This document shows, piece by piece, positions 34,401-49,400 of a DNA stretch of 64,000 nt. Positions within the stretch are counted from its first letter, which is position 1, and each line of letters opens with the position of its first letter. A program made the position numbers and the translations under genes. A model generated the notes under the pieces. The model was not told the DNA's origin and ran no database searches. It saw nothing but the letters and a program-made list of their open reading frames with translations. The stretch is from Caecitellus pseudoparvulus (Eukaryota > Protista > Bigyra: Bicosoecida), in assembly GCA_965644315.1 (NCBI GenBank), contig CBFFRQ010000094.1, positions 245,443-309,442 of the forward strand, in the 5' to 3' direction.

Positions 34401-37400
34401 GGTTGCGGAGGGCACGATGCGGGGTGCGAGCATGACGCTGACGCTGTCTGACACGACTCGGTTTGCGTTTGTGGGTGTGTCCAGCATCACTGCGCCTGGC
34501 AGTGTGACGAGCAGCCATGGCGACTGGGACAGCGTGGTGGCGCCGGGCCATGTGTCGAGCGTGGCTGGTACGTCCCTGACCGTGGACATGGGCACGGTGG
34601 TGAACCGTGACACGTCCAACGCCGTGTCTGAGGTGGTGGAGATGCGGGTGGTGACGGTGGCCCTTGTGAATGTGGGGCACGTGGCCGGCGTGGTGACAGG
34701 CGTGAGCGTGGAGGTGGTGAGCAGCGAGGTGGGCGCTGGTGTCGTGACGGACAGCACGAGCGTGACGGCTGAGGAGCCGGACGTGACGTACACTGTGTCG
34801 CTGCCTGCTGGCGGTCCGTACGACGCTGGTGACGAGTTGGTGTTCACGGTGAGCGTGAGTGGTCTGGCTACGACAGGCGACGACAGCCCCGCGTACGGCG
34901 TGGTGTTGACGGACGGCGAGTTGTTGTCGGGCAGGTACTCTGTGGTGCAGGTGAACTCCAGCGTGGACGGCGTGTTGTTCACGGCTGATGCGGGTGACAG
35001 CGACTCTGGCTTTGGGAGCTTGGGTCGTGGTCCTGGCGGGTCCAGCGTGCCTGCTCTGGTGGGCAGCGTGGGCCGTGTGAATGTGAGCGAGGTGGTGGTG
35101 TTCACGTACGCGGTGAAGCTGGACACGAGCGTGGAGTCCGAGGAGGTGTTTGAGCCTGACGTGACAGTTGCGTGGAGCAGCCACCCCGGCAGCGTGCACG
35201 GTGTGGCGCGGAACTACACGCGTGACATTGGTGGCGCTGGCAAGCCGGACGTGGTGATTGATTCGCCGGTGTACAGCGTGAGCGTGGTGCCGGATGGCTT
35301 CGGCGACTCCCCGAGCGAGGTGGTGGTGGGCCAGGAGGTGATCGTGACGGCAGTGGTGGAGGTGATCGAGGGCACGACGAGTGCTCCCATCGTGACGCTG
35401 ACGCACACTGACGGCACGATGCTGCAGTGGGTGTCGGTGCTGTCCATCGAGGCGTCGTCGCCGAATGTGACGAGCTCCCACGGTGCATTCAGCAGCGTGC
35501 TGTCGGGGCACACGAGCGTGGTGCCTGGGTCCAGCGTGACTGTGGACTTGGGCACGCTTGAGAATGTGAACGTGGACAACGGCGTGGCCGAGACGGTGAC
35601 GGTGCGTGTGCTGGCTGTGGTGCCTGACGCGGGTGCAGTGCGTGGTGCGACGGTGGACGTGGACACGGCGCTGACGGGCGGTGCGTTGGTGGGGACGTTC
35701 ACGAGCAGCACGACGTTGACGCTGGCTGAGGGTGAGCTGAATACGAGCCCTGTGGTGGTGCCGCTGTCTGTGACGGATGTGGATGCGGGCGACTTTGTGA
35801 CGACGAGCATCACGCTGACGCACGATGGGGCATCGGATGCACCCGTGTACAACGTGACGGTGCGCGATGTGGAGCTGGCGAGCGGAGAGTACACGGTTGT
35901 GGGCGTGTCGGTGGACGGTGTGAGTGTGCCGTACAGCGCTGCGCCTGGTGGTGAGATCGTGGAGGTGGCGAGTCTGGCACACGGCGCGAGCGTGGTTGTG
36001 AACGTGACGCTGCGCATGGACGTGAGCATTGAGACGGGTCACTTTGTGTCCCCGGAGCTGGTTGTGGAGTACACGTCGCACCCTGGCGGGTCGGGTCGCC
36101 CGGCGACGTTTGCGGTGCTGCCCCGGCAGGTGTTCGCTGTGGACGGCGCTGTGATCGGCAGTTCGACTGTGCTGGACGGGTCCAGTGCGGATGGTGCTGG
36201 TTTGGTGGTGGGCACTGTGGTGCAGGTGGTGACCCAGGTGGCGTTGCCTGAAGGCACCAGCCGCGACAGTCTGCTGGTGTTGGAGGTGACGGGTGTGACG
36301 GACGCCTTCAGCACGTGGAGCGTGGACTCTGTCGTGGACGCGTCTGGCAGCGGTGCCCTGAGCAGCAGCTGTGTGGGGAGCTTCGGCGCCCTGGCCAGCT
36401 ACGGCGGCATCGTGCGCAACGCGTCCCATGTGCTGTTGCCCATGTGCGACGTGACGAACACGGACACCGACAACGGAGTGGCTGAGCCGTTCGTGGTGAC
36501 GATGTCTGCCCGCGTGTTGGATGTGGTGTCTGTGCAGCAGGGCGCCTCTGTGAACATCACGGCATCATTCACGTCAGTGTCTGATGGTCCCATTTCTGTG
36601 TTGTCTGGCAACTTCACCGTGCGCGAGGCAGGGTTGGAGGCGGCCAGTGTGACGCCCAAGGCTGTGGCGGGTGTGGACGGCGGCGACAGCGTGGTTGTGA
36701 CTGCGGTGGTGGACCACACGGGCAGCTCTGACGCGCCTGCGTACAGCATCATCGTGCGGGACAACGGCACGGCAGTGTACCGCGAGGACGACGGGTCGGT
36801 GGTGGCTGCCGCTGCAGCCCCGCAGTACATCTTGACGGAGGTGCGGGTGAACGGTGTGGTGCAGGGCGGGCCCTTGACCCACGGCAGCGACGGCGTGGTG
36901 GTTGTGATTGCCTCCTTGCCTGCTGGCGCAACTGCGACGGTGCAGGCGACGTTCACGGTGCAGGGCGTGGTGGAGCCGAGCGTGCGGCTGGTGCCGTGGC
37001 TGAGTCTGGACTGGAGCAGTCACCCTGAGGGGAGCGCCGCGCGGAATGCGAGTGTTGTGGGCGGGGAGGGTGTGAGCGCCGCGCTGGTGGACACGGCGAC
37101 ACCTGCGGGGCAGGTGGGTGTGGTGTCACCCAGTCCTGGTCTGACGGCCAGCATTGGTGAGCTGGTGACGTACACGCTGAACGTGAGTGTGGTGGAGGGG
37201 ACGCTGCGGTCCAGTGCGCTGCGCGTGGAGGTGCTGCCAGTTGTGACTGCGGTTGCGACGGAGGTGGTGCAGTTTGGTGCGCCGGCGCTGAGCAGCGTGC
37301 GCAGCTACCGTGTGACGGCGGGTGGCGTGGAGAGCGCTGCGCCGTTGGTGTCGTCTGATGTTGCGGGTGTGGGCAGCACGTTCAGCGGATTTGTGGGTCT

Positions 37401-40400
37401 GGAGAGCGCGTTGGTGAGTGAGCAAGGCTTCACGCTGGGCACTGGGACGGTGGTGAACGGGCACCTGTCTGACGGCGGCGCTGATGGGCTGGTGGAGGAG
37501 ATGGAGCTGGTGTACACGGTGCGCGTGCGGGACGTGGACGTTGGCTCCGATGCGATTATGCGTGGTGACACGTTCGAGAGCCGGGTGGAGTTGACGTCTG
37601 CGGGCGTGGAGAGCGGTGAGGTGGTGCTGGTGAGCCCCACGGTGACTGTGATTGAGCCCAGCTTGGCGGCGTTGGTGGTGAGCCCCACCGCGGTGTCTGG
37701 CGTGGACGGCAGCGATGTGATTGTGTTCGAGGTGCTCGTGAGCCATGACGGCGCCTCGGACGCTGACGCGAACAACGTGGAGGTCGTGGACACGGCCCTG
37801 GTGGGCGGTGTGCCGGGGGCCCCCTACGAGCTGCTGGCCGTGTACGTGGACGGTGTGCTGGTGTACGAGGCCGGCGTGGACGACGACAGCGCTGTGCTGT
37901 CTGACGGTGCGCTGGCGACGTTGCCAGTGCTGGGTCTGGGCAGCACTGCGAATGTGACGTACGTGGTGAGCGTGAGCCCGGTGGCGGAGGTGGGCAGCAC
38001 CCTGACGCCAGATGTGCAGGCAGGGTACACGTCGGTGCCGGACCGCAGCGTGGCGCGGAACTACAGCGTGGTGCCTGGTGTGGGCGCTGTGGTGTCTGTG
38101 GTGGACACGGCAGAGGTGGACTTCAACGCGAGCATGGTTGCGGGTGCGGACGCGCCTGCCGGGAGTGGCGGTGTGACGCCTGTGACTGTGGGCGGTGAGG
38201 TGTCGTTTGAGTTGACGTTCGAGGTGCCTGAGGGGCAGATGAGCGGCGTTGACTTGCTTGTGAACTTCAGCGACCCTGTGCTGGTGCAGTGGATCAGCAG
38301 TGATCCGTCTGTGGTGGTGAGCATCACGCCCAGCTCGCCTGCTGTGACATCCAACTGCAGTGGGGGCCTGGCCGGCGCGGCCAGTGCTGCTGTGCTGCAT
38401 GGTGATGGCGCCAGTGCCAGCGTGTCCCTGTGCACGCTCAGCAACACCGACGACGACAACGACGTGGTGGAGACGGTGACGGTGCGGCTGACGGGTGTGG
38501 TGCAGGATGTGCCATCTGCGGTGCAGGGCGCCTCGTTCATCCTGACGGCCAACGTGACCAGTGCTGAGGGGACGCCTGTGAACATGGTGGCTGGTCCGGG
38601 TGTGATTGCGGAGCCACTGCTGGAGGCGTCCCTGTCCAGCGGTCCGGTGGGCGGCAGCGTCGTGGACGCGAACGACACGCTGACGTTTGTGTTTGTGGTG
38701 GGTGCAGCCCCTGGCAGCGATGCGACGGCGTACAATGTGCGGGTGCAGGACACTGCGTTCGCGACTCAGGACGATGGTCTGGGCGGCGGTCCGGAGGGCA
38801 GCTCCAGCGGCGAGCCTCTGTACGAGGTGAGTGGCGTGACTGTGGACGGTGTGGCGGTGCCGCACGACAGCGTGGGCTTTGCTGCGGACGGGACGCTGGT
38901 GCTGTTGGGGGAGCTGGCAGTGTCCACTGGGGACATTGTGATCGAGGTGAACGTGACGCTGCGCACGGACATCGAGAGCGGGACAGGCGTGTCTCCGACG
39001 TTTGAGGTGACGTGGAGCAGTGCAGTGGACGGGAGCGGGGCACGGAACCGGACGCTGGTGGGGGGTGCCCTGTCAGCGCCGTCCGTGTCTGTGGCCCGTC
39101 CATCTGTCACTGTGCGCGCCGAGAGCGACGAGGCGACGTACGCCCCTGACACGTACAGCCTGGGCAGCACCGTCGTGCACGTGGTGCGAGTGACGGTTGC
39201 GGAGGGCACGATGCGGGGTGCGAGCATGACGCTGACGCTGTCTGACACGACTCGGTTTGCGTTTGTGGGTGTGTCCAGCATCACTGCGCCTGGCAGTGTG
39301 ACGAGCAGCCATGGCGACTGGGACAGCGTGGTGGCGCCGGGCCATGTGTCGAGCGTGGCTGGTACGTCCCTGACCGTGGACATGGGCACGGTGGTGAACC
39401 GTGACACGTCCAACGCCGTGTCTGAGGTGGTGGAGATGCGGGTGGTGACGGTGGCCCTTGTGAATGTGGGGCACGTGGCCGGCGTGGTGACAGGCGTGAG
39501 CGTGGAGGTGGTGAGCAGCGAGGTGGGCGCTGGTGTCGTGACGGACAGCACGAGCGTGACGGCTGAGGAGCCGGACGTGACGTACACTGTGTCGCTGCCT
39601 GCTGGCGGTCCGTACGACGCTGGTGACGAGTTGGTGTTCACGGTGAGCGTGAGTGGTCTGGCTACGACAGGCGACGACAGCCCCGCGTACGGCGTGGTGT
39701 TGACGGACGGCGAGTTGTTGTCGGGCAGGTACTCTGTGGTGCAGGTGAACTCCAGCGTGGACGGCGTGTTGTTCACGGCTGATGCGGGTGACAGCGACTC
39801 TGGCTTTGGGAGCTTGGGTCGTGGTCCTGGCGGGTCCAGCGTGCCTGCTCTGGTGGGCAGCGTGGGCCGTGTGAATGTGAGCGAGGTGGTGGTGTTCACG
39901 TACGCGGTGAAGCTGGACACGAGCGTGGAGTCCGAGGAGGTGTTTGAGCCTGACGTGACAGTTGCGTGGAGCAGCCACCCCGGCAGCGTGCACGGTGTGG
40001 CGCGGAACTACACGCGTGACATTGGTGGCGCTGGCAAGCCGGACGTGGTGATTGATTCGCCGGTGTACAGCGTGAGCGTGGTGCCGGATGGCTTCGGCGA
40101 CTCCCCGAGCGAGGTGGTGGTGGGCCAGGAGGTGATCGTGACGGCAGTGGTGGAGGTGATCGAGGGCACGACGAGTGCTCCCATCGTGACGCTGACGCAC
40201 ACTGACGGCACGATGCTGCAGTGGGTGTCGGTGCTGTCCATCGAGGCGTCGTCGCCGAATGTGACGAGCTCCCACGGTGCATTCAGCAGCGTGCTGTCGG
40301 GGCACACGAGCGTGGTGCCTGGGTCCAGCGTGACTGTGGACTTGGGCACGCTTGAGAATGTGAACGTGGACAACGGCGTGGCCGAGACGGTGACGGTGCG

Positions 40401-43400
40401 TGTGCTGGCTGTGGTGCCTGACGCGGGTGCAGTGCGTGGTGCGACGGTGGACGTGGACACGGCGCTGACGGGCGGTGCGTTGGTGGGGACGTTCACGAGC
40501 AGCACGACGTTGACGCTGGCTGAGGGTGAGCTGAATACGAGCCCTGTGGTGGTGCCGCTGTCTGTGACGGATGTGGATGCGGGCGACTTTGTGACGACGA
40601 GCATCACGCTGACGCACGATGGGGCATCGGATGCACCCGTGTACAACGTGACGGTGCGCGATGTGGAGCTGGCGAGCGGAGAGTACACGGTTGTGGGCGT
40701 GTCGGTGGACGGTGTGAGTGTGCCGTACAGCGCTGCGCCTGGTGGTGAGATCGTGGAGGTGGCGAGTCTGGCGCACGGCGCGAGCGTGGTTGTGAACGTG
40801 ACGCTGCGCATGGACGTGAGCATTGAGACGGGTCACTTTGTGTCCCCGGAGCTGGTTGTGGAGTACACGTCGCACCCTGGCGGGTCGGGTCGCCCGGCGA
40901 CGTTTGCGGTGCTGCCCCGGCAGGTGTTCGCTGTGGACGGCGCTGTGATCGGCAGTTCGACTGTGCTGGACGGGTCCAGTGCGGATGGTGCTGGTTTGGT
41001 GGTGGGCACTGTGGTGCAGGTGGTGACCCAGGTGGCGTTGCCTGAAGGCACCAGCCGCGACAGTCTGCTGGTGTTGGAGGTGACGGGTGTGACGGACGCC
41101 TTCAGCACGTGGAGCGTGGACTCTGTCGTGGACGCGTCTGGCAGCGGTGCCCTGAGCAGCAGCTGTGTGGGGAGCTTCGGCGCCCTGGCCAGCTACGGCG
41201 GCATCGTGCGCAACGCGTCCCATGTGCTGTTGCCCATGTGCGACGTGACGAACACGGACACCGACAACGGAGTGGCTGAGCCGTTCGTGGTGACGATGTC
41301 TGCCCGCGTGTTGGATGTGGTGTCTGTGCAGCAGGGCGCCTCTGTGAACATCACGGCATCATTCACGTCAGTGTCTGATGGTCCCATTTCTGTGTTGTCT
41401 GGCAACTTCACCGTGCGCGAGGCAGGGTTGGAGGCGGCCAGTGTGACGCCCAAGGCTGTGGCGGGTGTGGACGGCGGCGACAGCGTGGTTGTGACTGCGG
41501 TGGTGGACCACACGGGCAGCTCTGACGCGCCTGCGTACAGCATCATCGTGCGGGACAACGGCACGGCAGTGTACCGCGAGGACGACGGGTCGGTGGTGGC
41601 TGCCGCTGCAGCCCCGCAGTACATCTTGACGGAGGTGCGGGTGAACGGTGTGGTGCAGGGCGGGCCCTTGACCCACGGCAGCGACGGCGTGGTGGTTGTG
41701 ATTGCCTCCTTGCCTGCTGGTGCGACTGCGACGGTGCAGGCGACGTTCACGGTGCAGGGCGTGGTGGAGCCGAGTGTGCGGCTGGTGCCGTGGCTGAGTC
41801 TGGACTGGAGCAGTCACCCTGAGGGGAGCGCCGCGCGGAATGCGAGTGTTGTGGGCGGGGAGGGTGTGAGCGCCGCGCTGGTGGACACGGCGACACCTGC
41901 GGGGCAGGTGGGTGTGGTGTCACCCAGTCCTGGTCTGACGGCCAGCATCGGTGAGCTGGTGACGTACACGCTGAACGTGAGTGTGGTGGAGGGGACGCTG
42001 CGGTCCAGTGCGCTGCGCGTGGAGGTGCTGCCAGTTGTGACTGCGGTTGCGACGGAGGTGGTGCAGTTTGGTGCGCCGGCGCTGAGCAGCGTGCGCAGCT
42101 ACCGTGTGACGGCGGGTGGCGTGGAGAGCGCTGCGCCGTTGGTGTCGTCTGATGTTGCGGGTGTGGGCAGCACGTTCAGCGGATTTGTGGGTCTGGAGAG
42201 CGCGTTGGTGAGTGAGCAAGGCTTCACGCTGGGCACTGGGACGGTGGTGAACGGGCACCTGTCTGACGGCGGCGCTGATGGGCTGGTGGAGGAGATGGAG
42301 CTGGTGTACACGGTGCGCGTGCGGGACGTGGACGTTGGCTCCGATGCGATTATGCGTGGTGACACGTTCGAGAGCCGGGTGGAGTTGACGTCTGCGGGCG
42401 TGGAGAGCGGTGAGGTGGTGCTGGTGAGCCCCACGGTGACTGTGATTGAGCCCAGCTTGGCGGCGTTGGTGGTGAGCCCCACCGCGGTGTCTGGCGTGGA
42501 CGGCAGCGATGTGATTGTGTTCGAGGTGCTCGTGAGCCATGACGGCGCCTCGGACGCTGACGCGAACAACGTGGAGGTCGTGGACACGGCCCTGGTGGGC
42601 GGTGTGCCGGGGGCCCCCTACGAGCTGCTGGCCGTGTACGTGGACGGTGTGCTGGTGTACGAGGCCGGCGTGGACGACGACAGCGCTGTGCTGTCTGACG
42701 GTGCGCTGGCGACGTTGCCAGTGCTGGGTCTGGGCAGCACTGCGAATGTGACGTACGTGGTGAGCGTGAGCCCGGTGGCGGAGGTGGGCAGCACCCTGAC
42801 GCCAGATGTGCAGGCAGGGTACACGTCGGTGCCGGACCGCAGCGTGGCGCGGAACTACAGCGTGGTGCCTGGTGTGGGCGCTGTGGTGTCTGTGGTGGAC
42901 ACGGCAGAGGTGGACTTCAACGCGAGCATGGTTGCGGGTGCGGACGCGCCTGCCGGGAGTGGCGGTGTGACGCCTGTGACTGTGGGCGGTGAGGTGTCGT
43001 TTGAGTTGACGTTCGAGGTGCCTGAGGGGCAGATGAGCGGCGTTGACTTGCTTGTGAACTTCAGCGACCCTGTGCTGGTGCAGTGGATCAGCAGTGATCC
43101 GTCTGTGGTGGTGAGCATCACGCCCAGCTCGCCTGCTGTGACATCCAACTGCAGTGGGGGCCTGGCCGGCGCGGCCAGTGCTGCTGTGCTGCATGGTGAT
43201 GGCGCCAGTGCCAGCGTGTCCCTGTGCACGCTCAGCAACACCGACGACGACAACGACGTGGTGGAGACGGTGACGGTGCGGCTGACGGGTGTGGTGCAGG
43301 ATGTGCCATCTGCGGTGCAGGGCGCCTCGTTCATCCTGACGGCCAACGTGACCAGTGCTGAGGGGACGCCTGTGAACATGGTGGCTGGTCCGGGTGTGAT

Positions 43401-46400
43401 TGCGGAGCCACTGCTGGAGGCGTCCCTGTCCAGCGGTCCGGTGGGCGGCAGCGTCGTGGACGCGAACGACACGCTGACGTTTGTGTTTGTGGTGGGTGCA
43501 GCCCCTGGCAGCGATGCGACGGCGTACAATGTGCGGGTGCAGGACACTGCGTTCGCGACTCAGGACGATGGTCTGGGCGGCGGTCCGGAGGGCAGCTCCA
43601 GCGGCGAGCCTCTGTACGAGGTGAGTGGCGTGACTGTGGACGGTGTGGCGGTGCCGCACGACAGCGTGGGCTTTGCTGCGGACGGGACGCTGGTGCTGTT
43701 GGGGGAGCTGGCAGTGTCCACTGGGGACATTGTGATCGAGGTGAACGTGACGCTGCGCACGGACATCGAGAGCGGGACAGGCGTGTCTCCGACGTTTGAG
43801 GTGACGTGGAGCAGTGCAGTGGACGGGAGCGGGGCACGGAACCGGACGCTGGTGGGGGGTGCCCTGTCAGCGCCGTCCGTGTCTGTGGCCCGTCCATCTG
43901 TCACTGTGCGCGCCGAGAGCGACGAGGCGACGTACGCCCCTGACACGTACAGCCTGGGCAGCACCGTCGTGCACGTGGTGCGAGTGACGGTTGCGGAGGG
44001 CACGATGCGGGGTGCGAGCATGACGCTGACGCTGTCTGACACGACTCGGTTTGCGTTTGTGGGTGTGTCCAGCATCACTGCGCCTGGCAGTGTGACGAGC
44101 AGCCATGGCGACTGGGACAGCGTGGTGGCGCCGGGCCATGTGTCGAGCGTGGCTGGTACGTCCCTGACCGTGGACATGGGCACGGTGGTGAACCGTGACA
44201 CGTCCAACGCCGTGCCTGAGGTGGTGGAGATGCGGGTGGTGACGGTGGCCCTTGTGAATGTGGGGCACGTGGCCGGCGTGGTGACGGGCGTGAGCGTGGA
44301 GGTGGTGAGCAGCGAGGTGGGCGCTGGTGTCGTGACGGACAGCACGAGCGTGACGGCTGAGGAGCCGGACGTGACGTACACTGTGTCGCTGCCTGCTGGC
44401 GGTCCGTACGACGCGGGTGATGAGTTGGTGTTCACGGTGAGCGTGAGTGGTCTGGCTACGACAGGCGACGACAGCCCCGCGTACGGCGTGGTGTTGACGG
44501 ACGGCGAGTTGTTGTCGGGCAGGTACTCTGTGGTGCAGGTGAACTCCAGCGTGGACGGCGTGTTGTTCACGGCTGATGCGGGTGACAGCGACTCTGGCTT
44601 TGGGAGCTTGGGTCGTGGTCCTGGCGGGTCCAGCGTGCCTGCTCTGGTGGGCAGCGTGGGCCGTGTGAATGTGAGCGAGGTGGTGGTGTTCACGTACGCG
44701 GTGAAGCTGGACACGAGCGTGGAGTCCGAGGAGGTGTTTGAGCCTGACGTGACAGTTGCGTGGAGCAGCCACCCCGGCAGCGTGCACGGTGTGGCGCGGA
44801 ACTACACGCGTGACATTGGTGGCGCTGGCAAGCCGGACGTGGTGATTGATTCGCCGGTGTACAGCGTGAGCGTGGTGCCGGATGGCTTCGGCGACTCCCC
44901 GAGCGAGGTGGTGGTGGGCCAGGAGGTGATCGTGACGGCAGTGGTGGAGGTGATCGAGGGCACGACGAGTGCTCCCATCGTGACGCTGACGCACACTGAC
45001 GGCACGATGCTGCAGTGGGTGTCGGTGCTGTCCATCGAGGCGTCGTCGCCGAATGTGACGAGCTCCCACGGTGCATTCAGCAGCGTGCTGTCGGGGCACA
45101 CGAGCGTGGTGCCTGGGTCCAGCGTGACTGTGGACTTGGGCACGCTTGAGAATGTGAACGTGGACAACGGCGTGGCCGAGACGGTGACGGTGCGTGTGCT
45201 GGCTGTGGTGCCTGACGCGGGTGCAGTGCGTGGTGCGACGGTGGACGTGGACACGGCGCTGACGGGCGGTGCGTTGGTGGGGACGTTCACGAGCAGCACG
45301 ACGTTGACGCTGGCTGAGGGTGAGCTGAACACGAGCCCTGTGGTGGTGCCGCTGTCTGTGACGGATGTGGATGCGGGCGACATTGTGACGACGAGCATCA
45401 CGCTGACGCACGATGGGGCATCGGATGCACCCGTGTACAACGTGACGGTGCGCGATGTGGAGCTGGCGAGCGGGGAGTACACGGTGGTGGGCGTGTCGGT
45501 GGATGGTGTGAGTGTGCCGTACAGCGCTGCGCCTGGTGGTGAGATCGTGGAGGTGGCGAGTCTGGCGCACGGCGCGAGCGTGGTTGTGAACGTGACGCTG
45601 CGCATGGACGTGAGCATTGAGACGGGTCACTTTGTGTCCCCCGAGCTGGTTGTGGAGTACACGTCGCACCCTGGCGGGTCGGGTCGCCCGGCGACGTTTG
45701 CGGTGCTGCCCCGGCAGGTGTTCGCTGTGGACGGCGCTGTGATCGGCAGTTCGACTGTGCTGGACGGGTCCAGTGCGGATGGTGCTGGTTTGGTGGTGGG
45801 CACTGTGGTGCAGGTGGTGACCCAGGTGGCGTTGCCTGAAGGCACCAGCCGCGACAGTCTGCTGGTGTTGGAGGTGACGGGTGTGACGGACGCCTTCAGC
45901 ACGTGGAGCGTGGACTCTGTCGTGGACGCGTCAGGCAGCGGTGCCCTGAGCAGCAGCTGTGTGGGGAGCTTCGGCGCCCTGGCCAGCTACGGCGGCATCG
46001 TGCGCAACGCGTCCCATGTGCTGTTGCCCATGTGCGACGTGACGAACACGGACACCGACAACGGTGTGGCTGAGCCGTTCGTGGTGACGATGTCTGCCCG
46101 CGTGTTGGATGTGGTGTCTGTGCAGCAGGGCGCCTCTGTGAACATCACGGCATCATTCACGTCAGTGTCTGATGGTCCCATTTCTGTGTTGTCTGGCAAC
46201 TTCACCGTGCGCGAGGCAGGGTTGGAGGCGGCCAGTGTGACGCCCAAGGCTGTGGCGGGTGTGGACGGCGGCGACAGCGTGGTGGTGACTGCGGTGGTGG
46301 ACCACACGGGCAGCTCTGACGCGCCTGCGTACAGCATCATCGTGCGGGACAACGGCACGGCAGTGTACCGCGAGGACGACGGGTCGGTGGTGGCCGCCGC

Positions 46401-49400
46401 TGCAGCCCCGCAGTACATCTTGACGGAGGTGCGTGTGAACGGTGTGGTGCAGGGCGGGCCCTTGACCCACGGCAGCGACGGCGTGGTGGTTGTGATTGCC
46501 TCCTTGCCTGCTGGTGCGACTGCGACGGTGCAGGCGACGTTCACGGTGCAGGGCGTGGTGGAGCCGAGCGTGCGGCTGGTGCCGTGGCTGAGCCTGGACT
46601 GGAGCAGTCACCCTGAGGGGAGCGCCGCGCGGAATGCGAGTGTTGTGGGCGGTGAGGGTGTGAGCGCCGCGCTGGTGGACACGGCGACACCTGCGGGGCA
46701 GGTGGGTGTGGTGTCACCCAGTCCTGGTCTGACGGCCAGCATCGGTGAACTGGTGACGTACACGCTGAACGTGAGTGTGGTGGAGGGGACACTGCGGTCC
46801 AGTGCGCTGCGCGTGGAGGTGCTGCCAGTTGTGACTGCGGTTGCGACGGAGGTGGTGCAGTTTGGTGCGCCGGCGCTGAGCAGCGTGCGCAGCTACCGTG
46901 TGACGGCGGGTGGCGTGGAGAGCGCTGCGCCGTTGGTGTCGTCTGATGTTGCGGGTGTGGGCAGCACGTTCAGCGGATTTGTGGGTCTGGAGAGCGCGTT
47001 GGTGAGTGAGCAAGGCTTCACGCTGGGCACTGGGACGGTGGTGAACGGGCACCTGTCTGACGGCGGCGCTGATGGGCTGGTGGAGGAGATGGAGCTGGTG
47101 TACACGGTGCGCGTGCGGGACGTGGACGTTGGCTCCGATGCGATTATGCGTGGTGACACGTTCGAGAGCCGGGTGGAGTTGACGTCTGCGGGCGTGGAGA
47201 GCGGTGAGGTGGTGCTGGTGAGCCCCACGGTGACTGTGATTGAGCCCAGCTTGGCGGCGTTGGTGGTGAGCCCCACCGCGGTGTCTGGCGTGGACGGCAG
47301 CGATGTGATTGTGTTCGAGGTGCTCGTGAGCCATGACGGCGCCTCGGACGCTGACGCGAACAACGTGGAGGTCGTGGACACGGCCCTGGTGGGCGGTGTG
47401 CCGGGGGCCCCCTACGAGCTGCTGGCAGTGTACGTGGACGGTGTGCTGGTGTACGAGGCCGGCGTGGACGACGACAGCGCTGTGCTGTCTGACGGTGCGC
47501 TGGCGACGTTGCCAGTGCTGGGTCTGGGCAGCACTGCGAATGTGACGTACGTGGTGAGCGTGAGCCCGGTGGCGGAGGTGGGCAGCACCCTGACGCCGGA
47601 TGTGCAGGCAGGGTACACGTCGGTGCCGGACCGCAGCGTGGCGCGGAACTACAGCGTGGTGCCTGGTGTGGGCGCTGTGGTGTCTGTGGTGGACACGGCA
47701 GAGGTGGACTTCAACGCGAGCATGGTTGCGGGTACGGACGCGCCTGCCGGGAGTGGCGGTGTGACGCCTGTGACTGTGGGCGGTGAGGTGTCGTTTGAGT
47801 TGACGTTCGAGGTGCCTGAGGGGCAGATGAGCGGCGTTGACTTGCTTGTGAACTTCAGCGACCCTGTGCTGGTGCAGTGGATCAGCAGTGATCCATCTGT
47901 GGTGGTGAGCATCACGTCCAGCTCGCCTGCTGTGACATCCAACTGCAGTGGGGGCCTGGCCGGCGCGGCCAGTGCTGCTGTGCTGCACGGCGACGGCGCC
48001 AGTGCCAGCGTGTCCCTGTGCACGCTCAGCAACACCGACGACGACAACGACGTGGTGGAGACGGTGACGGTGCGGCTGACGGGTGTGGTGCAGGATGTGC
48101 CATCTGCGGTGCAGGGCGCCTCGTTCATCCTGACGGCCAACGTGACCAGTGCTGAGGGGACGCCTGTGAACATGGTGGCTGGTCCGGGTGTGATTGCGGA
48201 GCCACTGCTGGAGGCGTCCCTGTCCAGCGGTCCGGTGGGCGGCAGCGTCGTGGACGCGAACGACACGCTGACGTTTGTGTTTGTGGTGGGTGCAGCCCCT
48301 GGCAGCGATGCGACGGCGTACAATGTGCGGGTGCAGGACACTGCGTTCGCGACTCAGGACGATGGTCTGGGCGGCGGTCCGGAGGGCAGCTCCAGCGGCG
48401 AGCCTCTGTACGAGGTGAGTGGCGTGACTGTGGACGGTGTGGCGGTGCCGCACGACAGCGTGGGCTTTGCTGCGGACGGGACGCTGGTGCTGTTGGGGGA
48501 GCTGGCAGTGTCCACTGGGGACATTGTGATCGAGGTGAACGTGACGCTGCGCACGGACATCGAGAGCGGGACAGGCGTGTCTCCGACGTTTGAGGTGACG
48601 TGGAGCAGTGCAGTGGACGGGAGCGGGGCACGGAACCGGACGCTGGTGGGGGGTGCCCTGTCAGCGCCGTCCGTGTCTGTGGCCCGTCCATCTGTCACTG
48701 TGCGCGCCGAGAGCGACGAGGCGACGTACGCCCCTGACACGTACAGCCTGGGCAGCACCGTCGTGCACGTGGTGCGAGTGACGGTTGCGGAGGGCACGAT
48801 GCGGGGTGCGAGCATGACGCTGACGCTGTCTGACACGACTCGGTTTGCGTTTGTGGGTGTGTCCAGCATCACTGCGCCTGGCAGTGTGACGAGCAGCCAT
48901 GGCGACTGGGACAGCGTGGTGGCGCCGGGCCATGTGTCGAGCGTGGCTGGTACGTCCCTGACCGTGGACATGGGCACGGTGGTGAACCGTGACACGTCCA
49001 ACGCCGTGTCTGAGGTGGTGGAGATGCGGGTGGTGACGGTGGCCCTTGTGAATGTGGGGCACGTGGCCGGCGTGGTGACAGGCGTGAGCGTGGAGGTGGT
49101 GAGCAGCGAGGTGGGCGCTGGTGTCGTGACGGACAGCACGAGCGTGACGGCTGAGGAGCCGGACGTGACGTACACTGTGTCGCTGCCTGCTGGCGGTCCG
49201 TACGACGCTGGTGACGAGTTGGTGTTCACGGTGAGCGTGAGTGGTCTGGCTACGACAGGCGACGACAGCCCCGCGTACGGCGTGGTGTTGACGGACGGCG
49301 AGTTGTTGTCGGGCAGGTACTCTGTGGTGCAGGTGAACTCCAGCGTGGACGGCGTGTTGTTCACGGCTGATGCGGGTGACAGCGACTCTGGCTTTGGGAG